Source: a virus
DNA length: 64,000 nt
Strand: one strand, 5' to 3'
IMG/VR virus record: IMGVR_UViG_3300046507_000113
Location: 4,965-68,964 of that record
Positions 37,072-46,789 of the stretch are shown here, piece after piece. The notes beneath the pieces were generated by a model. The model worked only from the letters and a program-made list of their open reading frames with translations, ran no database searches and was not told the DNA's origin. Positions within the stretch are counted from its first letter, which is position 1; each line of letters begins with the position of its first letter. Both the position numbers and the translations under genes were made by a program.

Positions 37072-37722
37072 ATAACTCAATATCTCACAATTAAGGGTAA
37101 AGTAAAGTGGGCTCAGGTTTACGAGCCTGATGAATATGCAGGGGCAAAGAACTGGAAGATTACCTTCTACTTCGATGATGAAGATGAATACCAGAAGTAC
37201 AAGAAGGCAAATCTTTCTCTGGAAGTAAAGCAGGATGAAGATGGTCGTTTCGTAACGTTCCGTCGTCCCACACAGAAAGTCATCAAGGATGATCTGGTAG
37301 TATTCTCTCCCCCGGAGATTACTGGTGCTGTGAACGTCCTGTATGTCAACAAGGAAGGCGAACGTGTTCGTCAGTACACCAAGGGCGATAAGGTCAAGGT
37401 GTATCGTGTTGATGCAGAAGGTAATGAGATCAAGGATCCTGTCCTGATTGGTAATGGCTCTACGGTCCTCGCTAACTTCTCGTACTACCAGACAGGTAAG
37501 GGTGCAGGTCATCGTCTTGAGAATATCAAGGTACTCGATCTTGTAGCCTTCCAAGAAGGTACTGGTGGTGGTGCTACCATCGTAGTTCCTAAGATTACCG
37601 AAGATGAAGAAGAAGCACCAAAGAGTGAAAAGAAGGGAAACGGTGAGGGTAAGCGCACTAAGAGTGGTCAGCATACTGTCTCCGGTGTACACGAAGATCT
37701 CGATGACAAAATCCCGTGGTAA
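37072..37722 (+). CDS. Single-stranded DNA-binding protein, T7 gp2.5-like (probable ATA start)
   Basis: (M)TQYLTIKGKVKWAQVYEPD...IGNGS...RLENIKVLDLV; tail EDLDDKIPW; AAGGAG SD before ATA. Confidence 0.8.
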   Translation: MTQYLTIKGKVKWAQVYEPDEYAGAKNWKITFYFDDEDEYQKYKKANLSLEVKQDEDGRFVTFRRPTQKVIKDDLVVFSPPEITGAVNVLYVNKEGERVRQYTKGDKVKVYRVDAEGNEIKDPVLIGNGSTVLANFSYYQTGKGAGHRLENIKVLDLVAFQEGTGGGATIVVPKITEDEEEAPKSEKKGNGEGKRTKSGQHTVSGVHEDLDDKIPW

Positions 37723-37954
37723 GTTAATAGGAGAAGTATTAGCTGTGATTGCAAGTGATGACTATTCCGAATACTTCATTGAGTATGACAATGAAAACAA
37801 CACTGTGTATATCTCTGGTCTAGATCCGGATGATTTCTGGATTGAGGTTGCTATTGAAACAGATGTTGCTGAACCCGAGAGTTATGCTTGGGGAGTGTAC
37901 GACACACTAAAACGTCACGGTATCTTTTCAACTGTTGATCAGGTCCGTATTTGA
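37703..37954 (+). CDS. Hypothetical protein
   Basis: Acidic ORF between SSB and exonuclease; start uncertain. Confidence 0.55.
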   Translation: MTKSRGKLIGEVLAVIASDDYSEYFIEYDNENNTVYISGLDPDDFWIEVAIETDVAEPESYAWGVYDTLKRHGIFSTVDQVRI

Positions 37955-38718
37955 GTAGAACGCTTCTCCTCGACGGAGATGTTATCATGTATCAGATGGC
38001 ATCGTTTCATGAGGAGGCGCTGGAAGTGGAACCTGGCTATTGGACTTGGCACTGTGACATTAATAAAGTCATGGACGGGATCGATAGTCAGATCCTCTAC
38101 TTCTGTGATACACTAGAAGCTGACAAGTTTATTCTTTGTTTGTCAGATACAAGTAATTTTAGAAAAAGTATTTTAGAAAGTTATAAAGGAAACAGGTCAA
38201 ATCTTAAACGACCTGTAGTTCTAAAACCCACTAGAGAATGGCTAATTTCAGAACGCCATGCCAGAGTCCTCCCCGGACTTGAAGGTGATGATCTAATGGG
38301 TATCCTCTCCACTGAAGAGCATGAAGGTGAAAGAGTAATCGTATCCATCGATAAGGATATGAAAACCATTCCGGGTCTATTCTATCAGAACGAAGACAAA
38401 GGAATGATCTCAATCACAGAACAAGAAGCTGACTACTGGCATCTCTACCAGACCCTCATAGGTGATACTATCGATGGGTACAAGGGTTGTCCGGGAGTTG
38501 GTGATGTAGGAGCAAGAGCTATCCTTGATAAAGATCCCACATGGGAAGCAGTTGTCAAGGCTTACGCTAAGAAGGGACTTGATGAAGAGTACGCTCTAAC
38601 TCAAGCGCGTTGCGCTCGTATCCTAAGAGCATCAGACTTCAATAAAGGAACAGGAGAACCTATCCTGTGGACCCCCACAAAGGAGGTAGATAATAAAAAA
38701 GAAGAAGCAAGTCTATAA
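37951..38718 (+). CDS. 5'-3' exonuclease (T7 gp6-like)
   Basis: LLDGD, YKGNR, LEGDD, SIDKD, GDTIDGYKGCPGVG. Confidence 0.9.
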   Translation: MSRTLLLDGDVIMYQMASFHEEALEVEPGYWTWHCDINKVMDGIDSQILYFCDTLEADKFILCLSDTSNFRKSILESYKGNRSNLKRPVVLKPTREWLISERHARVLPGLEGDDLMGILSTEEHEGERVIVSIDKDMKTIPGLFYQNEDKGMISITEQEADYWHLYQTLIGDTIDGYKGCPGVGDVGARAILDKDPTWEAVVKAYAKKGLDEEYALTQARCARILRASDFNKGTGEPILWTPTKEVDNKKEEASL

Positions 38719-39130
38719 GTATGGTAAAAGGGTCTTCAAGAACCCTGCAGAATATGAATGTTTTAAACATATTGAAAGTATAATTCCAAATACATTAAGA
38801 GTTGAATACGAAACAGAAACACTCCCCTATATCACTGAACATACTTATCGTCCAGACTTTCCTGTAAAATACAAGAAGGCCGATGGTACTCAGTGCTACA
38901 TTGAGTATAAAGGTAACGGTAGAGCATTTGATAATGCAGTCAGACAGAAAATGATTGCAGTAAAGAAGCAATATCCAGAGCATAAGTTCTATATCGTATT
39001 CCATACAGACGGTAAGATCGGACCCAAACGAAAAGATGGATCATTCCTCAAGCAGTCTGATTGGGCTGTCAAGAATGGATTTACCTTTTGTATTGGTAAA
39101 GATAATATTCCAAAGGAGTGGTTCGAATGA
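38690..39130 (+). CDS. T7 endonuclease I-like Holliday junction resolvase (ATA start; absent from ORF track)
   Basis: Manual translation: VEYETETLPY...YRPDF...IEYKG...WAVKNGF...IPKEWFE; AAGGAGG SD, in-frame TAG, then ATA ATA. Confidence 0.85.
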   Translation: MIKKKKQVYKYGKRVFKNPAEYECFKHIESIIPNTLRVEYETETLPYITEHTYRPDFPVKYKKADGTQCYIEYKGNGRAFDNAVRQKMIAVKKQYPEHKFYIVFHTDGKIGPKRKDGSFLKQSDWAVKNGFTFCIGKDNIPKEWFE

Positions 39131-39342
39131 CACTAAGTGAATTTAAGTATTGGTTGGAAGGTTTCTCCGATAATATCAAGGAAGCTCCTACACCAGAACA
39201 GTGGGAAAAGATCAAGCAGAAACTGGAACAGGTAAAAACTTATGTTCCTTTGAATCTGCCTGCATCCCCACCCCTATATCCCGACCCTTTTAGGAAATAT
39301 TGGGGTCCTTATAATGTAGGGACTAGTCGAACGAATGGGTAA
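39127..39342 (+). CDS. Hypothetical protein
   Basis: MTLSEFKYWLEGF...PTPEQWEKIK; ATGA-coupled. Confidence 0.7.
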   Translation: MTLSEFKYWLEGFSDNIKEAPTPEQWEKIKQKLEQVKTYVPLNLPASPPLYPDPFRKYWGPYNVGTSRTNG

Positions 39343-40099
39343 GAAATACATTATCATTCCTGATCCCCACGCACATGCAGACCACAACAATGATAGAGCA
39401 GATTGGCTGGCCCAACTGATTATTGATGAGAAACCTGATGTTGTTGTTAATCTAGGGGATCAGTACGATATGCCATCTCTTTCATCCTATGACAAGGGTA
39501 AGAGGGATTTCCAAGGTAAGAGTTACAAGAAAGACATTGATGCTGGCAGAGAGTTCTCAGAGAGACTTTGGGAACCTGTAAAGGCACGGAAGAAGAAGAT
39601 GCCCCATACGATTGTCCTTGAAGGTAATCATGAGCATCGTATTGAACGAGGACTTGACCTTTCTCCTGAACTCTCAGGAACAATTGGTTTCAAGGACTAT
39701 GGATTTGAAGACTACTATGATGAGATCATTAGGTATGAAGGTGGAACACCGGGAGTTATTGAATTAGATGGTATCCTTTTTGCCCACTATTTTATTACTG
39801 GTGTTAGCGGCCGTCCTATTAGCGGTGAGCGTCCTGCTCACATGCTTATCGATAAAACCGGAACTTCATGCATTGCGGGACATCTTCACACTTTGGATTA
39901 TGCAACTCGCACTAATGTTGCTGGTGTTACTCGTTCTGGTCTTATTGCGGGATGCTTCCACGACTATATCCCAGATTGGGCTGGACATATTGGCAATCTT
40001 TGGAGGCCGGGTGTAGCAATCCTAAATGACGTAGAGAATGGTAACTATGACCTTGAGTGGGTCAGTATTAAGAGACTGAAAGAAGCATACGGAAGTTGA
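39335..40099 (+). CDS. Calcineurin-like metallophosphoesterase
   Basis: PDPH, LGDQYD, EGNHE, GHLH. Confidence 0.9.
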   Translation: MGKKYIIIPDPHAHADHNNDRADWLAQLIIDEKPDVVVNLGDQYDMPSLSSYDKGKRDFQGKSYKKDIDAGREFSERLWEPVKARKKKMPHTIVLEGNHEHRIERGLDLSPELSGTIGFKDYGFEDYYDEIIRYEGGTPGVIELDGILFAHYFITGVSGRPISGERPAHMLIDKTGTSCIAGHLHTLDYATRTNVAGVTRSGLIAGCFHDYIPDWAGHIGNLWRPGVAILNDVENGNYDLEWVSIKRLKEAYGS

Positions 40100-40612
40100 T
40101 TATGTCTGATAATGAGACCAAATATAAGCACTCATACAAAAGAAACATTGCAGCAAAGCATCTAAGAGATCAAGGAGAACTCAAGGGTGCTTTCTCATTA
40201 AAGATTATTGATGGTCGCAAAGAAGAATATAAACGTAAAAGAATGAGGATTAATGAAATCGCCGATGAACAAGAAGAGTATTGAAGATTATATCGGCCTC
40301 GAACTGACGGAGAAGTCTTTCGAAGATGTTCTAGAAATTTATGATTTGAGCCCATTCGAAGTGTTCTGGCTTTTGTACCAGAATGGTTTGATTGACGACG
40401 AAATTTTGGAAGTTCAGTTTGATGCATACAATTAAAGATGAGTTTACAGTTAATTTTCCCATAGATATATTTACTGAATGGGTTAAACAACGGGCTGTAA
40501 ATGCAGATATTATTTCAGATCATGTCGAGGTAAAGATCAGTGATGTCTCTTTTGATACAAGAGAAGGTGCTGTTATCGTTATCGGAGACTTTACAAGAAG
40601 GATGGATAGTTA

Positions 40613-41002
40613 ATGAATAAACTAATTGTTGGTACGCTAGCAGCAATCGCTATTATTGTTGGTCTAGGCTTTTGGAATAGCTCTTATGCTCAGGGTGCAA
40701 ATTGCGTAACTCCGAGTATGGTAGAAACGAATCTCCCTAACAAGGAATTCAAGAAGTACACTACCCCTGATGAGATCACTGCTATTCGAGCCTACATTAT
40801 CCAGATCCTTGAAGCAGATCTGGGTACTAAGGTTAACGATACCGATATCGCAGCATTCAATTCTGCAGAGCTTTTCTTGTCTCCGGACGAATCTGCAGCA
40901 ATGCTTGTAGCATATCAGGATGGTTGTATGGTAGCACGTCAGCAGCTTGGTGGAGATCAGTTCCATAAGATCAGGGACTTTATTATTGGAGTAAGCAACT
41001 AA
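40613..41002 (+). CDS. Exported hypothetical protein
   Basis: Signal peptide ending SYA; two Cys. Confidence 0.7.
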   Translation: MNKLIVGTLAAIAIIVGLGFWNSSYAQGANCVTPSMVETNLPNKEFKKYTTPDEITAIRAYIIQILEADLGTKVNDTDIAAFNSAELFLSPDESAAMLVAYQDGCMVARQQLGGDQFHKIRDFIIGVSN

Positions 41003-41099
41003 TGGAATATTGGTATAAATTTCGAGCCCTAGTATCAGCTAATCCTGATCTAGTAGGTGTTGCAATCATTGTTCTCTTGATTGTGAGTATCCTTAAGTA

Positions 41100-41777
41100 A
41101 TGGAAGTAACACTCATCGATAAGATGGGAACTGATGCCCTCGTAGTTAACGCTGCGAGGGTTTCTTTTTCTAAAGAGGCAGCGAATTACACAGAGGAACA
41201 GAATGCTAAGCTTATTTCTTATCTCTCTAGGCATGGCCATTTTACTCCTTTCACCCACCCCGTCATCTGTATCAGAGAGAAAGTACCGATTTTTGTGGCT
41301 CGCCAACGTTTTAAGCATACCGTTGGTTTTACTTATAATGAAGTTTCTCGGCGTTATGTAGATGATAAGCCAGAATTCTTTGTACCTGACGTATGGCGCT
41401 CTCGTCCCGATGGAAGTATGAAGCAAGGAAGTGGTGATAAGAACTTAAACAATGCTTTCCTATTGTTTGAGCCTGTAGAATTTAAGGCATACAACATGGA
41501 AGAGGGATATCTTTACTTCACCAGAATTGCAGAACATGTCTATGACTCGATGATCAAAGCAGGAGTAGCCCCTGAGCAAGCACGTATGGTTCTTCCTCAA
41601 AGTATGTATACTGAGTATTATGTTACTGGCTCTCTCGCTGCGTGGGCTAGGGCATATAAACTTCGGATAGACCCTCATGCACAGAAAGAAATTCAAGACG
41701 TAGCTGTAGAGTGGGATAAGATTATTCGTCCCTTATTTCCTGTATCATGGAGTGCATTAGTTGATGATAAGGTTTGA
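41100..41777 (+). CDS. thyX: Flavin-dependent thymidylate synthase
   Basis: NAARVS, HFTPF, RQRFKH...NEVSRRY, EQARMVLP, HAQKEI. Confidence 0.95.
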   Translation: MEVTLIDKMGTDALVVNAARVSFSKEAANYTEEQNAKLISYLSRHGHFTPFTHPVICIREKVPIFVARQRFKHTVGFTYNEVSRRYVDDKPEFFVPDVWRSRPDGSMKQGSGDKNLNNAFLLFEPVEFKAYNMEEGYLYFTRIAEHVYDSMIKAGVAPEQARMVLPQSMYTEYYVTGSLAAWARAYKLRIDPHAQKEIQDVAVEWDKIIRPLFPVSWSALVDDKV

Positions 41778-42045
41778 TAAAGAAGAGATTGTAGATCTTG
41801 AGGGTAACACTCAGATCAGACTGGCAGTAGGTGCAGGTAATCATGTATCTATGATCCAAATGACTGTACCTGTGGGTGAGGAAGTGGATGATGTTATCAA
41901 TAAAGAACGTATGGGAATGATCCTATATCAATTGGCCAATCACCTAACTGATGACTCTTTTCAGAAATCTCTAGACAGTGGACATGAAGTTATTATGAAA
42001 CTTCTGGAAGAGAACAACGAATTGAAAGACGCACTAAAGCTATAA
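41761..42045 (+). CDS. Hypothetical protein
   Basis: Coupled between thyX and glutaredoxin. Confidence 0.6.
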   Translation: MMIRFDKEEIVDLEGNTQIRLAVGAGNHVSMIQMTVPVGEEVDDVINKERMGMILYQLANHLTDDSFQKSLDSGHEVIMKLLEENNELKDALKL

Positions 42046-42347
42046 TGGAAGGAAATTATATGGTAAAGACTTGGTACACGATGTTTTCAACTAGTGCATT
42101 CCCTTGTCCTTATTGTCTGAAGGCAAAGCAGCTCCTCGACGTGTATGGAGTTGATTACATTATTAAGGATATTCATATTGATCCCGGAGCACGAGAAGAG
42201 TTTCTGGCAGCAGGTCATACAAAAGTTCCTCAAATCTATCGCGAAGAGGTATTGATCGGTGGATACGACAAAACAGAAGAACACTTCCGTCTCTCCACGG
42301 CAGGTGCCCAACACGAAAAGCTCATTGAACGGATCACAAAGTTTTAA
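42045..42347 (+). CDS. Glutaredoxin
   Basis: CPYC, VPQI, IGGY. Confidence 0.9.
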   Translation: MEGNYMVKTWYTMFSTSAFPCPYCLKAKQLLDVYGVDYIIKDIHIDPGAREEFLAAGHTKVPQIYREEVLIGGYDKTEEHFRLSTAGAQHEKLIERITKF

Positions 42348-42479
42348 AGATGCAATTAACTCCTTGGTATCTAAGAATTCTGGGGTTCAAAAAGTATAGA
42401 CGGTGGGAAGTCGTACCAGTATTTATCATATACGATTGCAGTAAATGGGTTTATTATTCAGAGAAAGATAGAAAGAAAT

Positions 42480-42755
42480 ATGGGATTTAAGAAGTATCAA
42501 GAATTTGTAGAGACGTGCCCTTTGTTCGATGACTTTGCTCTCGGACTAGCAGGAGAAGTAGGTGAAGTACTGGAACATATCAAGAAGGACCGTAGGGAGG
42601 GTGAACGTCATCAGCCTATGGACAAAGAAGCTCTGACTAAGGAGCTAGGTGATGTTCTTTGGTATCTCACCAAGGTAGCCAATACCTATGAGATTTCTTT
42701 GAAGGATATCGCACAGGGTAATATCGATAAACTAACGAAGAGGCATAATCTGTGA
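42480..42755 (+). CDS. MazG-like NTP pyrophosphohydrolase
   Basis: LGLAGEVGEV...KELGDVLWY...NIDKL. Confidence 0.85.
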   Translation: MGFKKYQEFVETCPLFDDFALGLAGEVGEVLEHIKKDRREGERHQPMDKEALTKELGDVLWYLTKVANTYEISLKDIAQGNIDKLTKRHNL

Positions 42756-43057
42756 GTATTACACGACTATTTATTGAAAAGGAGATCGACTTAATCGATC
42801 AGAAGATTAACAAGGCTAACAATGAGATCCGGGAGGCACAGTCGTTCATCAATGAACAGAATAAGCTCCTACAGGCTCTTGAAGAGCGTAAGACTGCATT
42901 CCAATCCGATCTGGGTAAGCTTGCAGAATGACTGATCCTACTGACAAGATCGAAAAGATACTAGAGGATCTAAGGAAGTATGGAGACGACATTCACCTCG
43001 ACTTCTATGATTTTGATAATGACGATGACATTTCCCCAACAGACGACGAGGTAGATA

Positions 43058-44995
43058 TTGACGACACAGAGTAATCCATTCAACACGTACTACAGTGAAT
43101 TCATTTATAAGAGCCGCTATGCTAGGTGGCTAGAAGAAGAAAAACGAAGGGAGAATTGGGATGAGACGGTCAGACGTTATCTTGATTTTACTCGTAGTAA
43201 TCTTAAATCTTCTCATGACTATGTTCTTAGTGATGAGCTATATAAGCGTCTATACGATGCTATATACAATCTAAAAGTAGTTCCCTCTATGAGGGCAATG
43301 ATGACAGCAGGTAAGGCTCTAGAACGAGATAATACTGCTGGTTATAATTGTGCATACCTTCCTGTTGATGATCCTAAGTCCTTCGATGAAGCTATGTATA
43401 TTCTTCTTTGTGGCACAGGAGTAGGTTTCAGTGTCGAACGTCAATACGTTTCAAAGCTTCCAGAAGTACCAGACAAGCTCTTTGACTCAAATACAACAAT
43501 CGTTGTCCATGATAGCAAAGAAGGTTGGGCGAAATCCCTCCGCCAGCTTATTGCGCTTCTCTATTCTGGCGAAATACCAAAATGGGACACATCGAAAGTT
43601 AGACCTGCCGGGAGCCGTCTTAGGACTTTCGGGGGTAGGGCAAGTGGTCCAGGACCTCTCGAAGACCTCTTCCGGTTCGTCATTGCAAAGTTTAGAGGTG
43701 CAGTTGGAAGACGTCTTAATTCACTCGAATGCCATGATATTCTCTGCAAGATTGGAGAAGTCGTCGTGGTTGGTGGAGTACGCCGATCGGCTATGATCTC
43801 TCTCAGTAATCTCTCTGATGACCGTATGCGTAATGCTAAGTCAGGAGATTGGTGGAATACAGAACCACAGAGGGCTTTGTCTAACAATTCTGTGTCATAT
43901 ACCGAGAAGCCAGATGTTGGCGCATTCATGAAAGAATGGCTCTCCCTGTATGACAGTAAGTCAGGTGAAAGAGGTATCTTTAATCGTGCAGCAGCAATCA
44001 AACAAGTTAAATCAATTGGTCGAAGAGATCCAAACTTTGACTTCGGAACCAATCCTTGTAGTGAAATCATCCTACGACCCTATCAATTCTGTAACCTATC
44101 AGAAGTTGTCGTTAGATCGAATGACTCAATTGAGTCATTGCTTGAAAAGGTTGAAATCGCAGCTATCCTCGGGACGTTCCAAAGCACCCTAACTAACTTT
44201 CCTTATCTCCGTAAGATCTGGAAGAAGAACACAGAAGAGGAAAGACTCCTTGGTGTCTCTCTCACAGGTATCATGGATAATTCTTTGACGAATGGTTCTG
44301 GATATCTTGGTAATCTTAAGGAACTTCTTGAAACTCTAAAGGAACGAACCATTGCTGTTAATTCTGCTTTGGCCAACGATATTGGTATTAATCCTAGCAC
44401 CTCCATTACTTGTGTTAAACCTTCCGGCACGGTGTCTCAGTTGGTTGATAGCGCTTCTGGTATCCATGCCCGTCATTCAAGCTATTATATTCGTTCTGTA
44501 CGTGGGGATAACAAGGACCCACTGACACAGTTCCTCAAGGACTCAGGTATCCCTAATGAACCTGATGTAATGAAGCCAGATGCAACTACTGTATTCTACT
44601 TCCCGATGAAGGCTCCAGTAGGTGCTGTTACTCGTAATGACATGACAGCTATCGAACAGCTTGAACTCTGGAAGATGTATCAGTTGTATTGGTGTGAACA
44701 TAAGCCTTCTGTAACTGTAACTGTAAGAGAGAATGAATGGCCAGCAGTTGGAGCTTGGGTGTACGATAATTTTGACCTTATTTCTGGTGTTAGCTTTCTG
44801 CCTCACTCCGATCATACTTACCGACAAGCTCCGTACGATGAGTGTGACGAAAAGAAATATCAGGAATTTGTAGATAAGATGCCTAAGAGTATTAATTGGA
44901 CTGACCTTGCATTCTATGAATTTGAAGATACTACGACAGGACTTCAGACCCTTGCATGTTCAGCCGATGGTTGTGAAGTGGTTGACATTGGATGA
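43058..44995 (+). CDS. nrdJ: Class II (adenosylcobalamin-dependent) ribonucleotide reductase
   Basis: YNC, GTGVGFS, VRRSA, TNPCSEI, FCNLSE, VKPSGT, EHKPS, C-terminal CSADGC; no beta subunit gene in the window. Confidence 0.9.
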   Translation: MTTQSNPFNTYYSEFIYKSRYARWLEEEKRRENWDETVRRYLDFTRSNLKSSHDYVLSDELYKRLYDAIYNLKVVPSMRAMMTAGKALERDNTAGYNCAYLPVDDPKSFDEAMYILLCGTGVGFSVERQYVSKLPEVPDKLFDSNTTIVVHDSKEGWAKSLRQLIALLYSGEIPKWDTSKVRPAGSRLRTFGGRASGPGPLEDLFRFVIAKFRGAVGRRLNSLECHDILCKIGEVVVVGGVRRSAMISLSNLSDDRMRNAKSGDWWNTEPQRALSNNSVSYTEKPDVGAFMKEWLSLYDSKSGERGIFNRAAAIKQVKSIGRRDPNFDFGTNPCSEIILRPYQFCNLSEVVVRSNDSIESLLEKVEIAAILGTFQSTLTNFPYLRKIWKKNTEEERLLGVSLTGIMDNSLTNGSGYLGNLKELLETLKERTIAVNSALANDIGINPSTSITCVKPSGTVSQLVDSASGIHARHSSYYIRSVRGDNKDPLTQFLKDSGIPNEPDVMKPDATTVFYFPMKAPVGAVTRNDMTAIEQLELWKMYQLYWCEHKPSVTVTVRENEWPAVGAWVYDNFDLISGVSFLPHSDHTYRQAPYDECDEKKYQEFVDKMPKSINWTDLAFYEFEDTTTGLQTLACSADGCEVVDIG

Positions 44996-45579
44996 GAGTT
45001 CTTGTCGCTTGTGAAATGAGCGGCAGGGTTAGAGATGCATTCATCAAAAGGGGTCATGAGGCTATGTCTTGTGACCTCCTCGATACTCTAGTACCTGGAC
45101 CTCATTATAAAGGAAATATCCTAGATATCCTTGGTGATGGATGGGATTTAATGATTGCTCACCCACCTTGTACTGACATTGCTATTTCAGGATCAAGATA
45201 CTTTAAGGAGAAGATTGCAGATGGCAGGCAACAAGCAGCACTCGACTTTGTACAGGCACTCATGGACGCTTCAATCGAACGTATTTGCATCGAGAACCCT
45301 GTGTCAGTTATATCAACACACATTAGGAAGCCGGATCAAATCATACAACCGTATGAATTCGGGCATAACGCCTCTAAGAGAACTTGTCTATGGCTCAAGG
45401 GACTCCCTCTCCTCAAAGGAACAGAATACGTAGAACCTAGAATCGTTGATGGTAAGAAGAGGTGGGATAACCAGACGGACTCTGGACAGAACAGACTTGG
45501 ACCATCAGAAGATAGAGCAACAATAAGAAGTTTGACTTACGAAGGAATAGCAGAAGCTATGGCACAACAATGGGGTTAA
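44992..45579 (+). CDS. Phage DNA cytosine methyltransferase-like protein
   Basis: VLVACEMSG, AHPPCT, IENPV, KRTCLW, GIAEAMAQQW. Confidence 0.75.
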   Translation: MRVLVACEMSGRVRDAFIKRGHEAMSCDLLDTLVPGPHYKGNILDILGDGWDLMIAHPPCTDIAISGSRYFKEKIADGRQQAALDFVQALMDASIERICIENPVSVISTHIRKPDQIIQPYEFGHNASKRTCLWLKGLPLLKGTEYVEPRIVDGKKRWDNQTDSGQNRLGPSEDRATIRSLTYEGIAEAMAQQWG

Positions 45580-45728
45580 ATAAGTGCAAGTGTGGTGGAG
45601 AAGCTAAGTACAAAGAGGGTTATATGTTAGATCAGTATATCTGTTCTAGATGTAGCTATAAGACACAAACTTATTTTGATGGTGAACCTTACGCGAAAGC
45701 AGAATGGAATAAAAGAAATGGAAAGTGA
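45570..45728 (+). CDS. Lar-like (restriction alleviation) zinc-finger protein
   Basis: MGLNKCKCGGEA...CSRC...AKAEWNKR; 52 aa, below the track cutoff. Confidence 0.6.
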   Translation: MGLNKCKCGGEAKYKEGYMLDQYICSRCSYKTQTYFDGEPYAKAEWNKRNGK

Positions 45729-45945
45729 AAATCTACAGGTGCGTATCGCCTATATGGGATCGTTCCTTGGACTAGATGAAGCAGAACAGTTCCGTCAGGA
45801 ATTCCTTGATGGCTTCGAGAAAGATATTAGTGAAGGTCTTCTGATCCTGATTGAAGATACTATTACAAAGATTAATGCACATCATGTAGTTCGTATTCTT
45901 GCAGAGAATGCACAATTGGAGTTTGAATTTGACGAAGGTAATTAA
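45718..45945 (+). CDS. Hypothetical protein
   Basis: Coupled ORF. Confidence 0.55.
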   Translation: MESENLQVRIAYMGSFLGLDEAEQFRQEFLDGFEKDISEGLLILIEDTITKINAHHVVRILAENAQLEFEFDEGN

Positions 45946-46351
45946 TCCAAAAGATGCAGTCGGATCTAAGAAAGTCCCTTTCTCCACCGTACCAATGGGG
46001 GTTGTTGGCGAGATTGGGTTGGCAATGCATGAGGGCGCTCGTAAGTATGGTCGACATAATTACAGAACTGTTCCTGTTAATGCTTCTGTGTACTTTGATG
46101 CAGCACTACGACACCTTACTGACTGGTGGGAGGGAACTGACCTCGATCCCGATAGTGGCCTGTCTCATATTACAAAGGCTCTCGCTACACTGGCAGTTCT
46201 TAGAGATGCCGAGATGAACGGTCTAGTGAATGATGATCGTCCTCCTAAGCTTCCAGAAGGTTGGCAACAGGAACTCAATCGTTTGAATGCTATCGTCGTA
46301 GAGAAGTATCCTACCGTAGCTCATACTCACACGGAAAAGGACCATAAATGA
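45899..46351 (+). CDS. dATP/dGTP diphosphohydrolase domain protein (DUF5664-like)
   Basis: NPKD, GARKYGRHNYR, YFDAALRH, DPDSGLSH, DDRP; start uncertain. Confidence 0.8.
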   Translation: MQRMHNWSLNLTKVINPKDAVGSKKVPFSTVPMGVVGEIGLAMHEGARKYGRHNYRTVPVNASVYFDAALRHLTDWWEGTDLDPDSGLSHITKALATLAVLRDAEMNGLVNDDRPPKLPEGWQQELNRLNAIVVEKYPTVAHTHTEKDHK

Positions 46352-46734
46352 TTATTGCACTGGATTATGATGAAACCTATACGGCAGATAAAGATCTCTG
46401 GGATGAATTCATCTCTCAGAGTGTCCATCGTGGACATGAAGTAGTTCTTGCTACATATCGTCATCCCGTTCATGATTACAATACTGATTTTGATCATCTC
46501 AAGAATATGGCCATTAAATGTTATTTCACTGATGGCAAAGCTAAAAAGCAATTTCTTGAAGATCTTGGTGTGACAGTAAATGTTTGGATCGATGATCGTC
46601 CCAAGACTGTGTACGAGGATAGTGCATGGGGTGTGGATTCTCCTGAACTACACGCATGGAGAAAAGACAACGAATTGACGGCAAAGGGAGAACCCCGAGT
46701 TCATCTGGATGCTATAGTAAATCGAATACCTTAA
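46348..46734 (+). CDS. HAD-superfamily phosphatase-like protein
   Basis: ALDYDET, ATYR, WIDD. Confidence 0.75.
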   Translation: MIIALDYDETYTADKDLWDEFISQSVHRGHEVVLATYRHPVHDYNTDFDHLKNMAIKCYFTDGKAKKQFLEDLGVTVNVWIDDRPKTVYEDSAWGVDSPELHAWRKDNELTAKGEPRVHLDAIVNRIP

Positions 46735-46738
46735 ACGC

Positions 46739-46789
46739 AAAAAGCCCCGCAGGGATTTCCATTAGGATTTCCTTACGGGGCTTTTTTTT
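46739..46789. terminator. Bidirectional terminator between convergent genome arms
   Basis: AAAAAGCCCCG...CGGGGCTTTTTTTT. Confidence 0.9.

Noticed and set aside
45899-46351. Z-base (2-aminoadenine) genome pathway
   Set aside because: A dATP/dGTP diphosphohydrolase-like gene is present but no purZ is seen in the window.
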